Source: an uncultured bacterium (GTDB lineage Bacteria > Armatimonadota > UBA5829). From it: 64,000 bases of DNA. Under the pieces are notes generated by a model. That model was not told the origin of the DNA and searched no databases. It saw only the letters and a program-made list of their open reading frames with translations. The stretch spans positions 424,481 through 488,480 of the forward strand of contig CAZBSI010000001.1 of assembly GCA_964494345.1 (NCBI GenBank), written 5' to 3'. Both the position numbers and the translations under genes were made by a program. Below, piece by piece: positions 55,868 through 64,000 of this stretch. Position 1 is the first letter of the stretch; each line of letters opens with the position of its first letter.

Positions 55868-57000
55868 ATATTAAAATCACCGCCGGACCACATTCTTATG
55901 TAAATTGTCCGCTTAAGGTTCGCATAGACGTTCCTGACCTTGGATATGGAGAGGCTTCGCTGGTGGATGCGGCGGAGAATCGCACGGTATGCCAGATATT
56001 TAACGAGTGCGGAGTCGACCATGTGGCCTGGGTAGAGCCTAATATGGCGCCTGGGGAAACCAGGACTTACCGTCTGGAGACATCGCCGGCCGGATCGGTC
56101 GGTGGAGTTGAGATTGAGGATATCGGCGAGGGCCGGCTGGAGGTCAGAATCGGCGGCAAATTGTTCACCAGATATCACTATGGCGAGCAATGGGCCAGGC
56201 CATTTCTATATCCGTTCATTGGGCCCAAAGACACGCCTGTTACACGTGCATATCCCATGAGAGACGATGTAGAGGGGGAAGACAGAGATCATCCTCATCA
56301 CAGGTCGGTCTGGGTTGCTCACGGTAAGATCAACGGCACCGACAACTGGAGCGAGATGGAGGGCCATGCCTTTATACGCCACAGAAAGTTTGAGGAAGTG
56401 ACCGGAGGCTCGGTATTCGGGCGGATAAGGGCCGTGAATTACTGGGTCAACTCCGATGGCGCTAAAGAGATGGAGGAAGTGCGGGAGATGACCTTTTTCA
56501 ACCTCGAATCGGAACGCCTGGTCGATATGCGGATGAAGTTCGAGGCAAGCGATGGCGAGGTTTGCATCGGCGATACCAAAGAGGGTGGGGTGCTGTCGAT
56601 TCGAGTGGCCAGCTCAATGAATGGCAACAAAGGCGGACTGATTACCAACGTCTACGGCGGGGTGACCGAATCAGAAACCTGGGGAAAACCGGCGAACTGG
56701 GTGGATTATTCCGGCCCCGTTGGCTCTGAGACAATGGGAATTGCTGTGATGGATCATCCATCAAGCTTCCGATATCCTACGCGCTGGCACGTACGCGACT
56801 ACGGCCTGTTCACTGCAAACCCATTTGCTCTAAGCGATTATGAGCCGGAGCGAGGTATTAAGGGCGACTATACTATGCGAAACGGTGAGCGCATTAATTT
56901 TGCATATCGCATCTACGTTCACGAAGGTGGCGTCGATCATGCCAATGTGCGAGATCGTTACCTTGGCTTTGTTTCGCCGCCGAAAGTTGAGGTTATTTAA
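55864..57000 (+). CDS. PmoA-like DUF6807-family protein
   Basis: DRDHPHHRSVWVAHGKINGTDNWSE matches the family signature as I recall it. ATGA overlap with the upstream isomerase. Confidence 0.65.
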   Translation: MNIKITAGPHSYVNCPLKVRIDVPDLGYGEASLVDAAENRTVCQIFNECGVDHVAWVEPNMAPGETRTYRLETSPAGSVGGVEIEDIGEGRLEVRIGGKLFTRYHYGEQWARPFLYPFIGPKDTPVTRAYPMRDDVEGEDRDHPHHRSVWVAHGKINGTDNWSEMEGHAFIRHRKFEEVTGGSVFGRIRAVNYWVNSDGAKEMEEVREMTFFNLESERLVDMRMKFEASDGEVCIGDTKEGGVLSIRVASSMNGNKGGLITNVYGGVTESETWGKPANWVDYSGPVGSETMGIAVMDHPSSFRYPTRWHVRDYGLFTANPFALSDYEPERGIKGDYTMRNGERINFAYRIYVHEGGVDHANVRDRYLGFVSPPKVEVI

Positions 57001-57008
57001 ATCTGAAA

Positions 57009-58232
57009 TTATAGACCGCGCAACACGGCATCGGTCATTTTGGCTACCCGCGCCATCTCTTTGACGTCGTGGACGCGGACTATATCGGCGCCTTTTGCTA
57101 TCGATAGTGCGACAGTGGCGGCTGTGCCTTCTATTCTTTCATTGGCAGGCAGGCCGCCGAGCGCTTTGCCTATAGTGGACTTTCGAGAAGTGCCGACCAT
57201 AATCGGACGACCCAGCGACTTCAGTTCCGCGAGCCTCCGTAGTATCTCCAGGTTGTGATTTGGAGTCTTTCCGAATCCTATGCCTGGATCGACTATCAGC
57301 AGCTTTTCATCCACACCAGCCTCCATCAGCGCCTTTATCCTGCCGCGCAGCCAGCCGACAATTTCTCCCATCAAGTCATTGTAGCTGGGGTCGATTTGCA
57401 TGTCTTTGGGGGTGCCGAGAATATGCATTAATATGGCCGGGCATTGGCGCTGTGCCAGCAGTTCAGGCATCTCGGGGTCGAATGTAGCCGCGCTGATATC
57501 GTTGACAATTGAGGCGCCGGCATCCAGAGCTGCTCTCGCAACTTCGGCTCTGTAGGTGTCGATTGATACAGGTTTGTTGATACTCTTTGTCAGGCACTGA
57601 ATAATCGGCGCGATGCGGTTGATTTCTTCTGCGATAGAGACTTCTTCCGCACCCGATCTCGTAGATTGCCCACCTACATCGATGATATCCGCCCCGTCTT
57701 CCACCATTTTCAGTGCGCTGCCGATGGCATCATCTTGCGATTTATATTTTCCGCCATCAGAAAACGAATCGGGTGTGACGTTGAGTATCCCCATCACCAG
57801 CGTTCGGTGGCCTATGGCTTGGTATATTGAAGCCATCAGCGATGGTTGCACACTGGGTAGTGTGGGGGTGTTATCGAAGTGGCGAATGGCCGCCTCTATC
57901 TCTACAGCCAGTTCATCACAGCCGAATCCCTGCTCTCTTAGCGCCAGCAGCGCTCGCTGGTAGTGTTTTCGCGTGCCCGTTAATATAACATCGGTACGGT
58001 CGACTTTTGCGGTTATAATATCTCTGCTGACCACTGCGTCGCCGCCGTTGGATAGAAAAGTCTCTTTGAGTATATGCGCGATTGGCCGTCGGACTGCTTC
58101 GAGTTTGACCAGATAATGCCTGGACTTGGGAAGCATGTGTCGTATCCCGGCCTCTTCCGCATTGACCCGCACCATCTCAGCGATTATTTCGGCATCAGTA
58201 TTCAGAGATAAAACCCGAGCGTTGTGTGCCAT
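57009..58232 (-). CDS. folP: Dihydropteroate synthase with an uncharacterised ~140-aa N-terminal extension
   Basis: The C-terminal ~270 aa has GILNVTPDSFSDGG, DIIDVGGQSTR, SIDTY, IVNDIS, DPGIGFGK and SRKS. ATG 58232 is preceded by GAGGGGG. Confidence 0.88.
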   Translation of the reverse strand: MAHNARVLSLNTDAEIIAEMVRVNAEEAGIRHMLPKSRHYLVKLEAVRRPIAHILKETFLSNGGDAVVSRDIITAKVDRTDVILTGTRKHYQRALLALREQGFGCDELAVEIEAAIRHFDNTPTLPSVQPSLMASIYQAIGHRTLVMGILNVTPDSFSDGGKYKSQDDAIGSALKMVEDGADIIDVGGQSTRSGAEEVSIAEEINRIAPIIQCLTKSINKPVSIDTYRAEVARAALDAGASIVNDISAATFDPEMPELLAQRQCPAILMHILGTPKDMQIDPSYNDLMGEIVGWLRGRIKALMEAGVDEKLLIVDPGIGFGKTPNHNLEILRRLAELKSLGRPIMVGTSRKSTIGKALGGLPANERIEGTAATVALSIAKGADIVRVHDVKEMARVAKMTDAVLRGL

Positions 58233-58463
58233 AATCCCCCTCTTTTCGGCTTCTTGCAGTCCGGAACCTGCTATTATTACCAGCACAAACGGCACAGGTG
58301 TTGCATAAATATTAACCGTAAGGAGAATTGTTTATGCCTGGTATTTCACCTGTACGTGTTTTAATTCGAGTCGATACACACGCCGACCGAATCCGCAGAT
58401 CTCGAATCTCAAAATGGATCAATTATGAAAGGCAGCTATCCGGTCTCTGGGAAACCTGCTATT

Positions 58464-59249
58464 TTATATAATGAGTCCTCTATTTGAACGGCATGTGCAC
58501 TGACGCGATTTGGGAAATCTTTTCATCGCGGTCATAAGCACGCTTTGCAGCCGGATCATTGATTCGGCCATCTCAGCACGAACGTCGTCGTGGCTGAGAT
58601 TCGCGTTTCCGATTCCGGTTGCAAAATTTGTGACTATCGCAACTGCTCCATAACACAGGCCGGCTTCTTTGGCCAAAATCACTTCAGGCACGTTGGTCAT
58701 TCCGACAACATCCGCACCCCAGGAAGCGTAAAGCCGTATCTCCGCCGGTGATTCGTATCTCGGTCCTTCCACGCCGACATAAACGCCCTGTGTTCTATAA
58801 TCCACCGACGCAGCCTCGCAGGCTTGGGTCAGCGATGATGAAGCGTGGGGACAATAAGGCTGCGAAAAATCCGTGTGGACGACGGGGCCTGTCTCAGCGT
58901 CGAAAAATGTGTCTACGCGGCGTTTAGTGAGGTCGATAAAATCCGAAAGGACTACGAACGAGCCTGGAGGCAAATCGGATTTAAGGGAACCCACCGCGCA
59001 GACTCCGAATACGACATCCACGCCAATCGTGCACAGAGCCGCTATTTGAGCGCGGTAGTTGATGGTTCCGGGAGGCACAGAATGCTCGAACCCGTGCCTC
59101 GGTACAAAGACGACGCTTTGGCCTCCGAAATCTGCTTCCATAAGCTCAGCCGCTCCGAATCTGCTCTGTATCATCTGCTTGTGGCCGTCTGCGAAGCAAG
59201 CCATCTCGTCTATCCCGGTCCCACCGATCAAGCCAAAACGCACATTCAT
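58464..59249 (-). CDS. mtnP: S-methyl-5'-thioadenosine phosphorylase-family enzyme, paralogue 2
   Basis: FGLIGGTG, VPRHG, INYRAQIAAL, EGPRYESPAEIR, VGMTNVPEVILAKE. C-terminal QCTC motif. Confidence 0.85.
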   Translation of the reverse strand: MNVRFGLIGGTGIDEMACFADGHKQMIQSRFGAAELMEADFGGQSVVFVPRHGFEHSVPPGTINYRAQIAALCTIGVDVVFGVCAVGSLKSDLPPGSFVVLSDFIDLTKRRVDTFFDAETGPVVHTDFSQPYCPHASSSLTQACEAASVDYRTQGVYVGVEGPRYESPAEIRLYASWGADVVGMTNVPEVILAKEAGLCYGAVAIVTNFATGIGNANLSHDDVRAEMAESMIRLQSVLMTAMKRFPKSRQCTCRSNRGLII

Positions 59250-59453
59250 CACCTCTAATTGACATTCCATTATTGGCCTGATAAACTCCTTCATGTGTTA
59301 ATATCTGAATTGTTGGCGGGATAATAGAAAAGAATCTTTCAGGAACACTCGAATAGGTAGGTTCTTAGCCTGTCTTGGCTTAAGAAGTCATTGATAAGGT
59401 CACATAATCTATATTAGGAAATATCATCAGTCGGATCAAGGGAGTGAAAGCTA

Positions 59454-59801
59454 ATGGAAATGGATCTCGTAATCAGTGTTCGTCACAACGGCACAATTCC
59501 GATAATTGACCTTTCAGGGGAAGTTGATGCCTACACATCGGCGAGATTTCGTGAAGCGATGGTAGAGCTTATTGATAATGGTTCTTCGAGCCTGGTTATT
59601 AGTATGCTCAAAGTGGAATATATCGACAGCTCCGGGCTGGGCGCGCTAGTCGGCGGCCTCAAGAGGTCGACTGAAAACGGCGGGAAGATCGTTCTCGTCT
59701 GCGACAACCCGCAGATTCGCAAAGTCTTCGAGATCACTGGGCTTGAAAAGGTTTTCCCGATCTACGATGCTGAAGCCGATGCCGTCGGCGTGCTGGGCTA
59801 G
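59454..59801 (+). CDS. STAS-domain anti-sigma-factor antagonist (SpoIIAA/RsbV-like)
   Basis: DLSGEVDAYTSARFREAM...YIDSSGLGALVG (phosphorylatable Ser context) ...IRKVFEITGL. Confidence 0.85.
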   Translation: MEMDLVISVRHNGTIPIIDLSGEVDAYTSARFREAMVELIDNGSSSLVISMLKVEYIDSSGLGALVGGLKRSTENGGKIVLVCDNPQIRKVFEITGLEKVFPIYDAEADAVGVLG

Positions 59802-59893
59802 AAATCCGTATAAATGATACTGACCACGAGCTATGACAGCATTTCGTGCTGACCAGGAAGGAGGCAGGCCCCACATAATGGGGCGTTGGGTGC

Positions 59894-61195
59894 ATGAGTG
59901 ACACAAAAAACGACGCAAGTCAGGATATGACATTTGTCCCCGAAGAGTTCGCGTTGCGCGATGAAGTGAGGTGGCTCAAAAGCGAGGACCTCGATCTGTT
60001 CAGCTTCATCCGCCAGTCTATGAACAAAATCGAACCCGCCTACGTCTCGACGTATCCTCCGAGCGAATGCGGGATCGCTACTTTCTGCAAAGACGTCGCA
60101 ACATCGGTTGCCAAGTATACGCCGTTCTCCAAACCCACCGTCATTGCAATCAAACGCGAGCACGAGATTGAACCTTACGAGAGGGTAGTGCGACATCAGA
60201 TATTCAAAGAAGATCGGCAGTCGTATCTTGACGCGGCCAGGTATATCAACGATTCCTCGATAGACATCGTTAATTTGCAGCACGAATACGGCATATTCGG
60301 CGGGCCGGACGGCGAATATGTGCTGGACTTTCTTGAGGCGTTGAAGAAGCCTGTAGTGGCTACGATGCACACAGTATTGCATAGCCCAAGCCCGAATCAG
60401 AAGAGAATCACCCAGGAAATCGGCCAGCTCTGCGACGTTATGGTGGTGATGGTAAAGACAGGGCGGCAGATTCTACTTGATAGTTATGCTGTTGATCCTG
60501 CAAAGATCACAGTCATCCCGCACGGGGTGCCTAATGTACACCGGGTCTCGGCTTCTACTGTCAAACGTGCGTTGGGAATGGCGGATAGACAGATAATCTC
60601 CACATTCGGTCTCATCAACCGGGGTAAGGGCATTGAGTACGTCATAAAGGCTATGCCTAAGATATTGGAGAAATTCCCGAATGCTACCTATCTGGTACTC
60701 GGTGAGACGCACCCCGGAGTCAGAAAGCACGAGGGCGAATCCTATCGAAATTACCTTACGGAAGTTATCAGTGAGCTGGGTCTGGAAGATCACGTCAGAT
60801 TCAACAACCGGTTCCTATCGTTAAGCGAGCTGGTGAGATACCTTTGTGCGACGGATGTGTATATCACTCCGTATCTCAGCAAAGATCAAATCTCCAGTGG
60901 CACTTTGGCCTATGCTTTGGGCTGCGGCAAGGCGACTTTGAGCACGCCGTACCTGTATGCCGAAGAGGTTTTGGCCGACGGCAGGGGCATCTTAATTGAT
61001 TTCCAATCTCCGGAAAGCATTGCGGAAACTGTGATAAAGGTTCTGAGCGACAAGGATCTTCGAGAGAGCCTGGAATCTAATGCGTATAATTATGCGAGGC
61101 GGGCGGCGTGGTTTAACGTCGCGATCAGTTATCTTGACCTGTTCGATCGAGTATTGCGTATGTCCGGAGTAGTCAAACAGGAACCCGGCATATAA
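59894..61195 (+). CDS. Family 4 (GT-B) glycosyltransferase
   Basis: STYPPSECGIATF N-terminus. The C-terminal half has the E-x7-E region (YITPYLSKDQISSGTLAYALGCGKA). Confidence 0.85.
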   Translation: MSDTKNDASQDMTFVPEEFALRDEVRWLKSEDLDLFSFIRQSMNKIEPAYVSTYPPSECGIATFCKDVATSVAKYTPFSKPTVIAIKREHEIEPYERVVRHQIFKEDRQSYLDAARYINDSSIDIVNLQHEYGIFGGPDGEYVLDFLEALKKPVVATMHTVLHSPSPNQKRITQEIGQLCDVMVVMVKTGRQILLDSYAVDPAKITVIPHGVPNVHRVSASTVKRALGMADRQIISTFGLINRGKGIEYVIKAMPKILEKFPNATYLVLGETHPGVRKHEGESYRNYLTEVISELGLEDHVRFNNRFLSLSELVRYLCATDVYITPYLSKDQISSGTLAYALGCGKATLSTPYLYAEEVLADGRGILIDFQSPESIAETVIKVLSDKDLRESLESNAYNYARRAAWFNVAISYLDLFDRVLRMSGVVKQEPGI

Positions 61196-61220
61196 CTCGT
61201 TACTCAAAAGGAGAGGACAA

Positions 61221-62255
61221 ATTTACCCACCTATAGTATTTGAACACCTGGAGACGCTCACCGACTCGACGGGCGTGATTCAACACGCTATCTTTTCGAT
61301 CCCGAATCGTCGCACTGGTTATACCACGGACGATAACGCGCGTGCTCTTATCGCCTCCATTATGGAATATGAGCGCACGAAATCCCGTCAAACGCTGCAG
61401 TTGGTGAGCACCTATCTCAGTTTTCTGCACTACGCGCAGACGCCATCGGGCCGTTTTCATAATTTTATGAGCTATGACCAGGTCTGGCTGGACGATATGG
61501 GCAGTGACGACTGCTTCGGTCGGGTGCTATGGGCGTGTGGCTATGCTTTGCATGCTGATCTGCACCCGAACGTCAAGAAAGTGGCAAAGCAGTTGTTCGA
61601 TGCTGCGATGAAGTGGATACCGTTCACCCAGAGCCTGAGAGCGCGCGCCTATATGGTGCTGGGATGCTATTATCACCTGCATTACGATCCTGATAACAGC
61701 GAGGTCAAGAAGACGATGATTAGCCAGGCAGATGCGCTGTGCAAGGAGTATCGTTTTAACGCATCCAAGGACTGGGCGTGGTTTGAGACGGCGTTGACGT
61801 ATTCTAACGGCATGCTGCCTCGCGCTTTGTTTATGGCCTATATCACCTCGCAAAACAAAGAATATCTGGATATTGCAGTTGAAAGTCTGGATTTTATAAC
61901 ATCGGTGTGCATTGTCGATGACATGCTGCATCCGATTGGCTGCAACGGCTGGTATATCAAGGGTTATGAACGGGCGTGGTATGATCAGCAGCCTGTAGAC
62001 CCACTGGGTCATCAACTGTCGTATTTGGCGGCGTATGATGCCACTGAGGATCCGAAATACTTGCGATTGGCAAAGATATGTTTCGATTGGTTCTTTGGAC
62101 ACAACTCAGTTGGGGAGGCTCTGTATGATCCGGTAACTGGCGGGTGTTATGATGCGCTTACAGAGGGGGGGCCGAACTTTAATCAAGGCTCCGAATCAAC
62201 TGTGGCCTGTCTGTTAGCTCAGTTGTCGATGGTGCCGTATCTCGACAAACTATAA
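61221..62255 (+). CDS. Conserved hypothetical, probably (alpha/alpha)-barrel glycosidase-like; start uncertain
   Basis: TGVIQHAIFSIPNRRTGYTTDDNARAL. The first canonical start (GTG 61275) has no SD, whereas AAGGAGAGG at 61207-61215 precedes an in-frame ATT at 61221. Confidence 0.5.
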   Translation: MYPPIVFEHLETLTDSTGVIQHAIFSIPNRRTGYTTDDNARALIASIMEYERTKSRQTLQLVSTYLSFLHYAQTPSGRFHNFMSYDQVWLDDMGSDDCFGRVLWACGYALHADLHPNVKKVAKQLFDAAMKWIPFTQSLRARAYMVLGCYYHLHYDPDNSEVKKTMISQADALCKEYRFNASKDWAWFETALTYSNGMLPRALFMAYITSQNKEYLDIAVESLDFITSVCIVDDMLHPIGCNGWYIKGYERAWYDQQPVDPLGHQLSYLAAYDATEDPKYLRLAKICFDWFFGHNSVGEALYDPVTGGCYDALTEGGPNFNQGSESTVACLLAQLSMVPYLDKL

Positions 62256-62339
62256 TCACAATTAAAATATGCGCAGGGTGGGGGACGGCACTACAGAACA
62301 GGATATATTCTTCCGATTACTGTGGTGTGTGCAGTTGCA

Positions 62340-62369
62340 TTGACCGTGCACCCACCCTCGTGATATACT
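62340..62369 (+). promoter_or_regulatory. Sigma70-like promoter (extended -10) of the receiver gene
   Basis: TTGACC, 18-nt spacer ending in TGa, TATACT. Confidence 0.4.
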
Positions 62370-62403
62370 GGTTGAGTAGGATTTCAGCTAGGGAGGTTCC
62401 GGC

Positions 62404-62817
62404 GTGCCGAAGAAAATTCTTGCCGTTGATGATGAAAAGCATATTGTTCGCCTGGTCCAGGTGAATCTGGAACGAGCGGGGTATCAGGTCGTGACTGCGA
62501 ACGACGGTAAGGAGGCGCTGCAGAAGGTTGCAGAGGAAAATCCGGACCTTGTCGTTCTCGACGTTATGATGCCGTATATGGATGGCTTTGAGGTTCTGCA
62601 GAACCTGCGTCGAAACCCAAGCACAAGGGATATTCCTGTTGTGATGTTGACCGCAAAGGCTCAGGATGCGGACGTTTTCAAGGGTTGGCAATCGGGAGTC
62701 GATTGTTATCTCACCAAACCGTTCAATCCTATGGAGCTGCTTTCGTTTGTTAAGAGAATATTCGACTCGATGGGCGGCGGGCCTGGCGGCGACAAGAGAT
62801 ACGAGATCAACATCTGA
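62404..62817 (+). CDS. Stand-alone CheY-like response-regulator receiver protein
   Basis: KILAVDDE, DLVVLDVMMPYMDG (phospho-Asp), VVMLTAK, YLTKPF. GTG start with GGGAGG upstream. Confidence 0.88.
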   Translation: MPKKILAVDDEKHIVRLVQVNLERAGYQVVTANDGKEALQKVAEENPDLVVLDVMMPYMDGFEVLQNLRRNPSTRDIPVVMLTAKAQDADVFKGWQSGVDCYLTKPFNPMELLSFVKRIFDSMGGGPGGDKRYEINI

Positions 62818-62841
62818 CGCTATACAACAAGGAGACGGACT

Positions 62842-63039
62842 TTGAGCGACAGAAAAACACTGGCGATAATCCTGGGCGCAACTGTTGGGGTTGCTGCGGT
62901 CGTTACTGCAGTCGGAGTCTACATCAACAAGCAATCCGAGCCGATTGTTGAGGATGTAAACGATATGTTCGAGAAGGCACGCAGCACGGTGCGAAAACTC
63001 GATGAGGCTGTCGAGGGACTGCGCAAATCAATCGCCTGA
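62842..63039 (+). CDS. Small membrane-anchored helical protein
   Basis: 65 aa. TTG start 7 nt after AGGAG. One TM (LAIILGATVGVAAVVTAVGV), then a charged helix. Confidence 0.45.
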   Translation: MSDRKTLAIILGATVGVAAVVTAVGVYINKQSEPIVEDVNDMFEKARSTVRKLDEAVEGLRKSIA

Positions 63040-63066
63040 TCTTTGAAGATATAGTAGAGTAGTCTC

Positions 63067-63100
63067 AGGGCGCTGCGGCGAAAAGCCGGGGCGCCTTTTT
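63067..63100 (+). terminator. Rho-independent terminator
   Basis: AGGGCGC..GCGGC-GAAAA-GCCG..GCGCCTT followed by TTT. Confidence 0.6.
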
Positions 63101-63192
63101 GATGTAGATACGCGACGCACGATAATATATGTTATGTTAAGATACGCTCGGTTCCCAATACTCCTTCCTTCCTGGAATCTAACAATGTGGGA

Positions 63193-64000
63193 TCACAGGC
63201 GAATGTTGACATCCTCACCGTCGTACTTGCAACGGCCCTGCTCGTCCAAGCCTTGCGCGGCAGTTGAATAACCCGCGCGCTCAATCAACAATCGACCGCA
63301 TTTCGGGCAGTATGTGTTCTGACCGGTTTGAGTCTGCACATTGCCCAGATAAACGAACCTCAAGCCACATTTGCGGCCCAGCTTTACCGCGGCATCCAGA
63401 GTAGGCATAGGCGTCGGTGGCACATCGGAAAGCCCGCCATAGGGAAAGAAACGCGTAACATGCCAGGGAGTTTCCGGCCCGAGGTTTTCTGCGATCCAGG
63501 TGGCAGTCTGTCTAATATTGTCCTCAGTGTCGTTCCAACCGGGTATCACATTGGTCACACATTCAACGTGCATACGCCATTTATGCTTTGCGACAATAGC
63601 CACATCTAGTATCCCTTGTACCGATGGTACTTTGATGAGCTTTTGGTAGAATGAATCCTCCATGCTCTTAATATCGACCCTGTAGACGTCGAGATACGGC
63701 CCGATGGCGTCCAGATGCTCCGGCGTCGCGTATCCATTTGTGACATAGACTGTATATAAACCGTTCTCTTTGCACAGTTTGGCACAATCAAGAGTATAGT
63801 TAAGCCAGATGCCGGGTTCGTTATAGGTCCACGCCACGCTCTGAGAATCCGAGGATTTCGCTGATTGAACTAACTTTTCCGGAGTGATTCCCGTCCTGCA
63901 AGTTGTGCCGTCAGCGTGCACTGCATCGGAATACGCTATTTCCCAGTTCTGACAAAACTCACATCGGAAGTTACAACCTAATGAACCCACTGAGAAACAC
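63193..64000 (-). CDS. Radical-SAM enzyme, AmmeMemoRadiSam-system type (pyruvate-formate-lyase-activase-like), 5' end beyond the window
   Basis: GCNFRCEFCQNWEIA cluster motif. C-terminal YCPKCGRLLIERAGY...CKYDG zinc-ribbon tail. The frame stays open to nt 64000. Confidence 0.7.
   Translation of the reverse strand, partial: CFSVGSLGCNFRCEFCQNWEIAYSDAVHADGTTCRTGITPEKLVQSAKSSDSQSVAWTYNEPGIWLNYTLDCAKLCKENGLYTVYVTNGYATPEHLDAIGPYLDVYRVDIKSMEDSFYQKLIKVPSVQGILDVAIVAKHKWRMHVECVTNVIPGWNDTEDNIRQTATWIAENLGPETPWHVTRFFPYGGLSDVPPTPMPTLDAAVKLGRKCGLRFVYLGNVQTQTGQNTYCPKCGRLLIERAGYSTAAQGLDEQGRCKYDGEDVNIRL

Overview
This is a dense chromosomal segment that is mostly housekeeping. It comes from a diderm-type bacterium (LptD-like and other outer-membrane proteins, Hfq, Tat/Sec components); the phylum cannot be assigned from the sequence alone. 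I support about 62 protein-coding genes and 5 tRNA genes: initiator Met, Lys, and an Arg(GCG)-Arg(CCT)-Ser(CGA) cluster. I saw no rRNA, CRISPR array, transposase, integrase or phage genes. Recognisable blocks in order: (1) mntH. (2) A minus-strand string of a DtxR-FeoA fusion regulator, feoB, a Cys-rich peptide, an orphan anti-sigma factor, a 1052-aa outer-membrane protein and a sugar isomerase. (3) tyrS and a SpoIID-like gene. (4) miaA-hfq-dapF-dapL-hflX-cysK. (5) gap-pgk-(DUF2007)-tpiA. (6) groES-ispE-NTP transferase-dxs. (7) A consolidated futalosine/menaquinone cluster (UbiD, UbiX, UbiA, two radical-SAM genes, MqnA) that ends in an MTAP-family phosphorylase and surE. (8) trkA pair, an LptD-like gene, nfo, fruK-like kinase, two tatA, secG, trpB2, folP, a second MTAP, a STAS protein, a GT4 glycosyltransferase, a CheY-like receiver, and a 5'-truncated AmmeMemoRadiSam-type radical-SAM gene at the right edge. 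Promoters look sigma70-like and Shine-Dalgarno sites are strong, which allowed several starts in the ORF track to be corrected. I did not find a self-contained novel system such as a defence island. The most interesting item is the mqn cluster, where a phosphorylase (plus SurE) sits where the nucleosidase MqnB/MTAN is expected and MqnD is missing. Other observations are gene-context oddities, an unusual tRNA-Arg(GCG), probable non-canonical or leaderless starts, and a structured leader upstream of folP. All functional calls rest on motif recognition by eye and need database confirmation.
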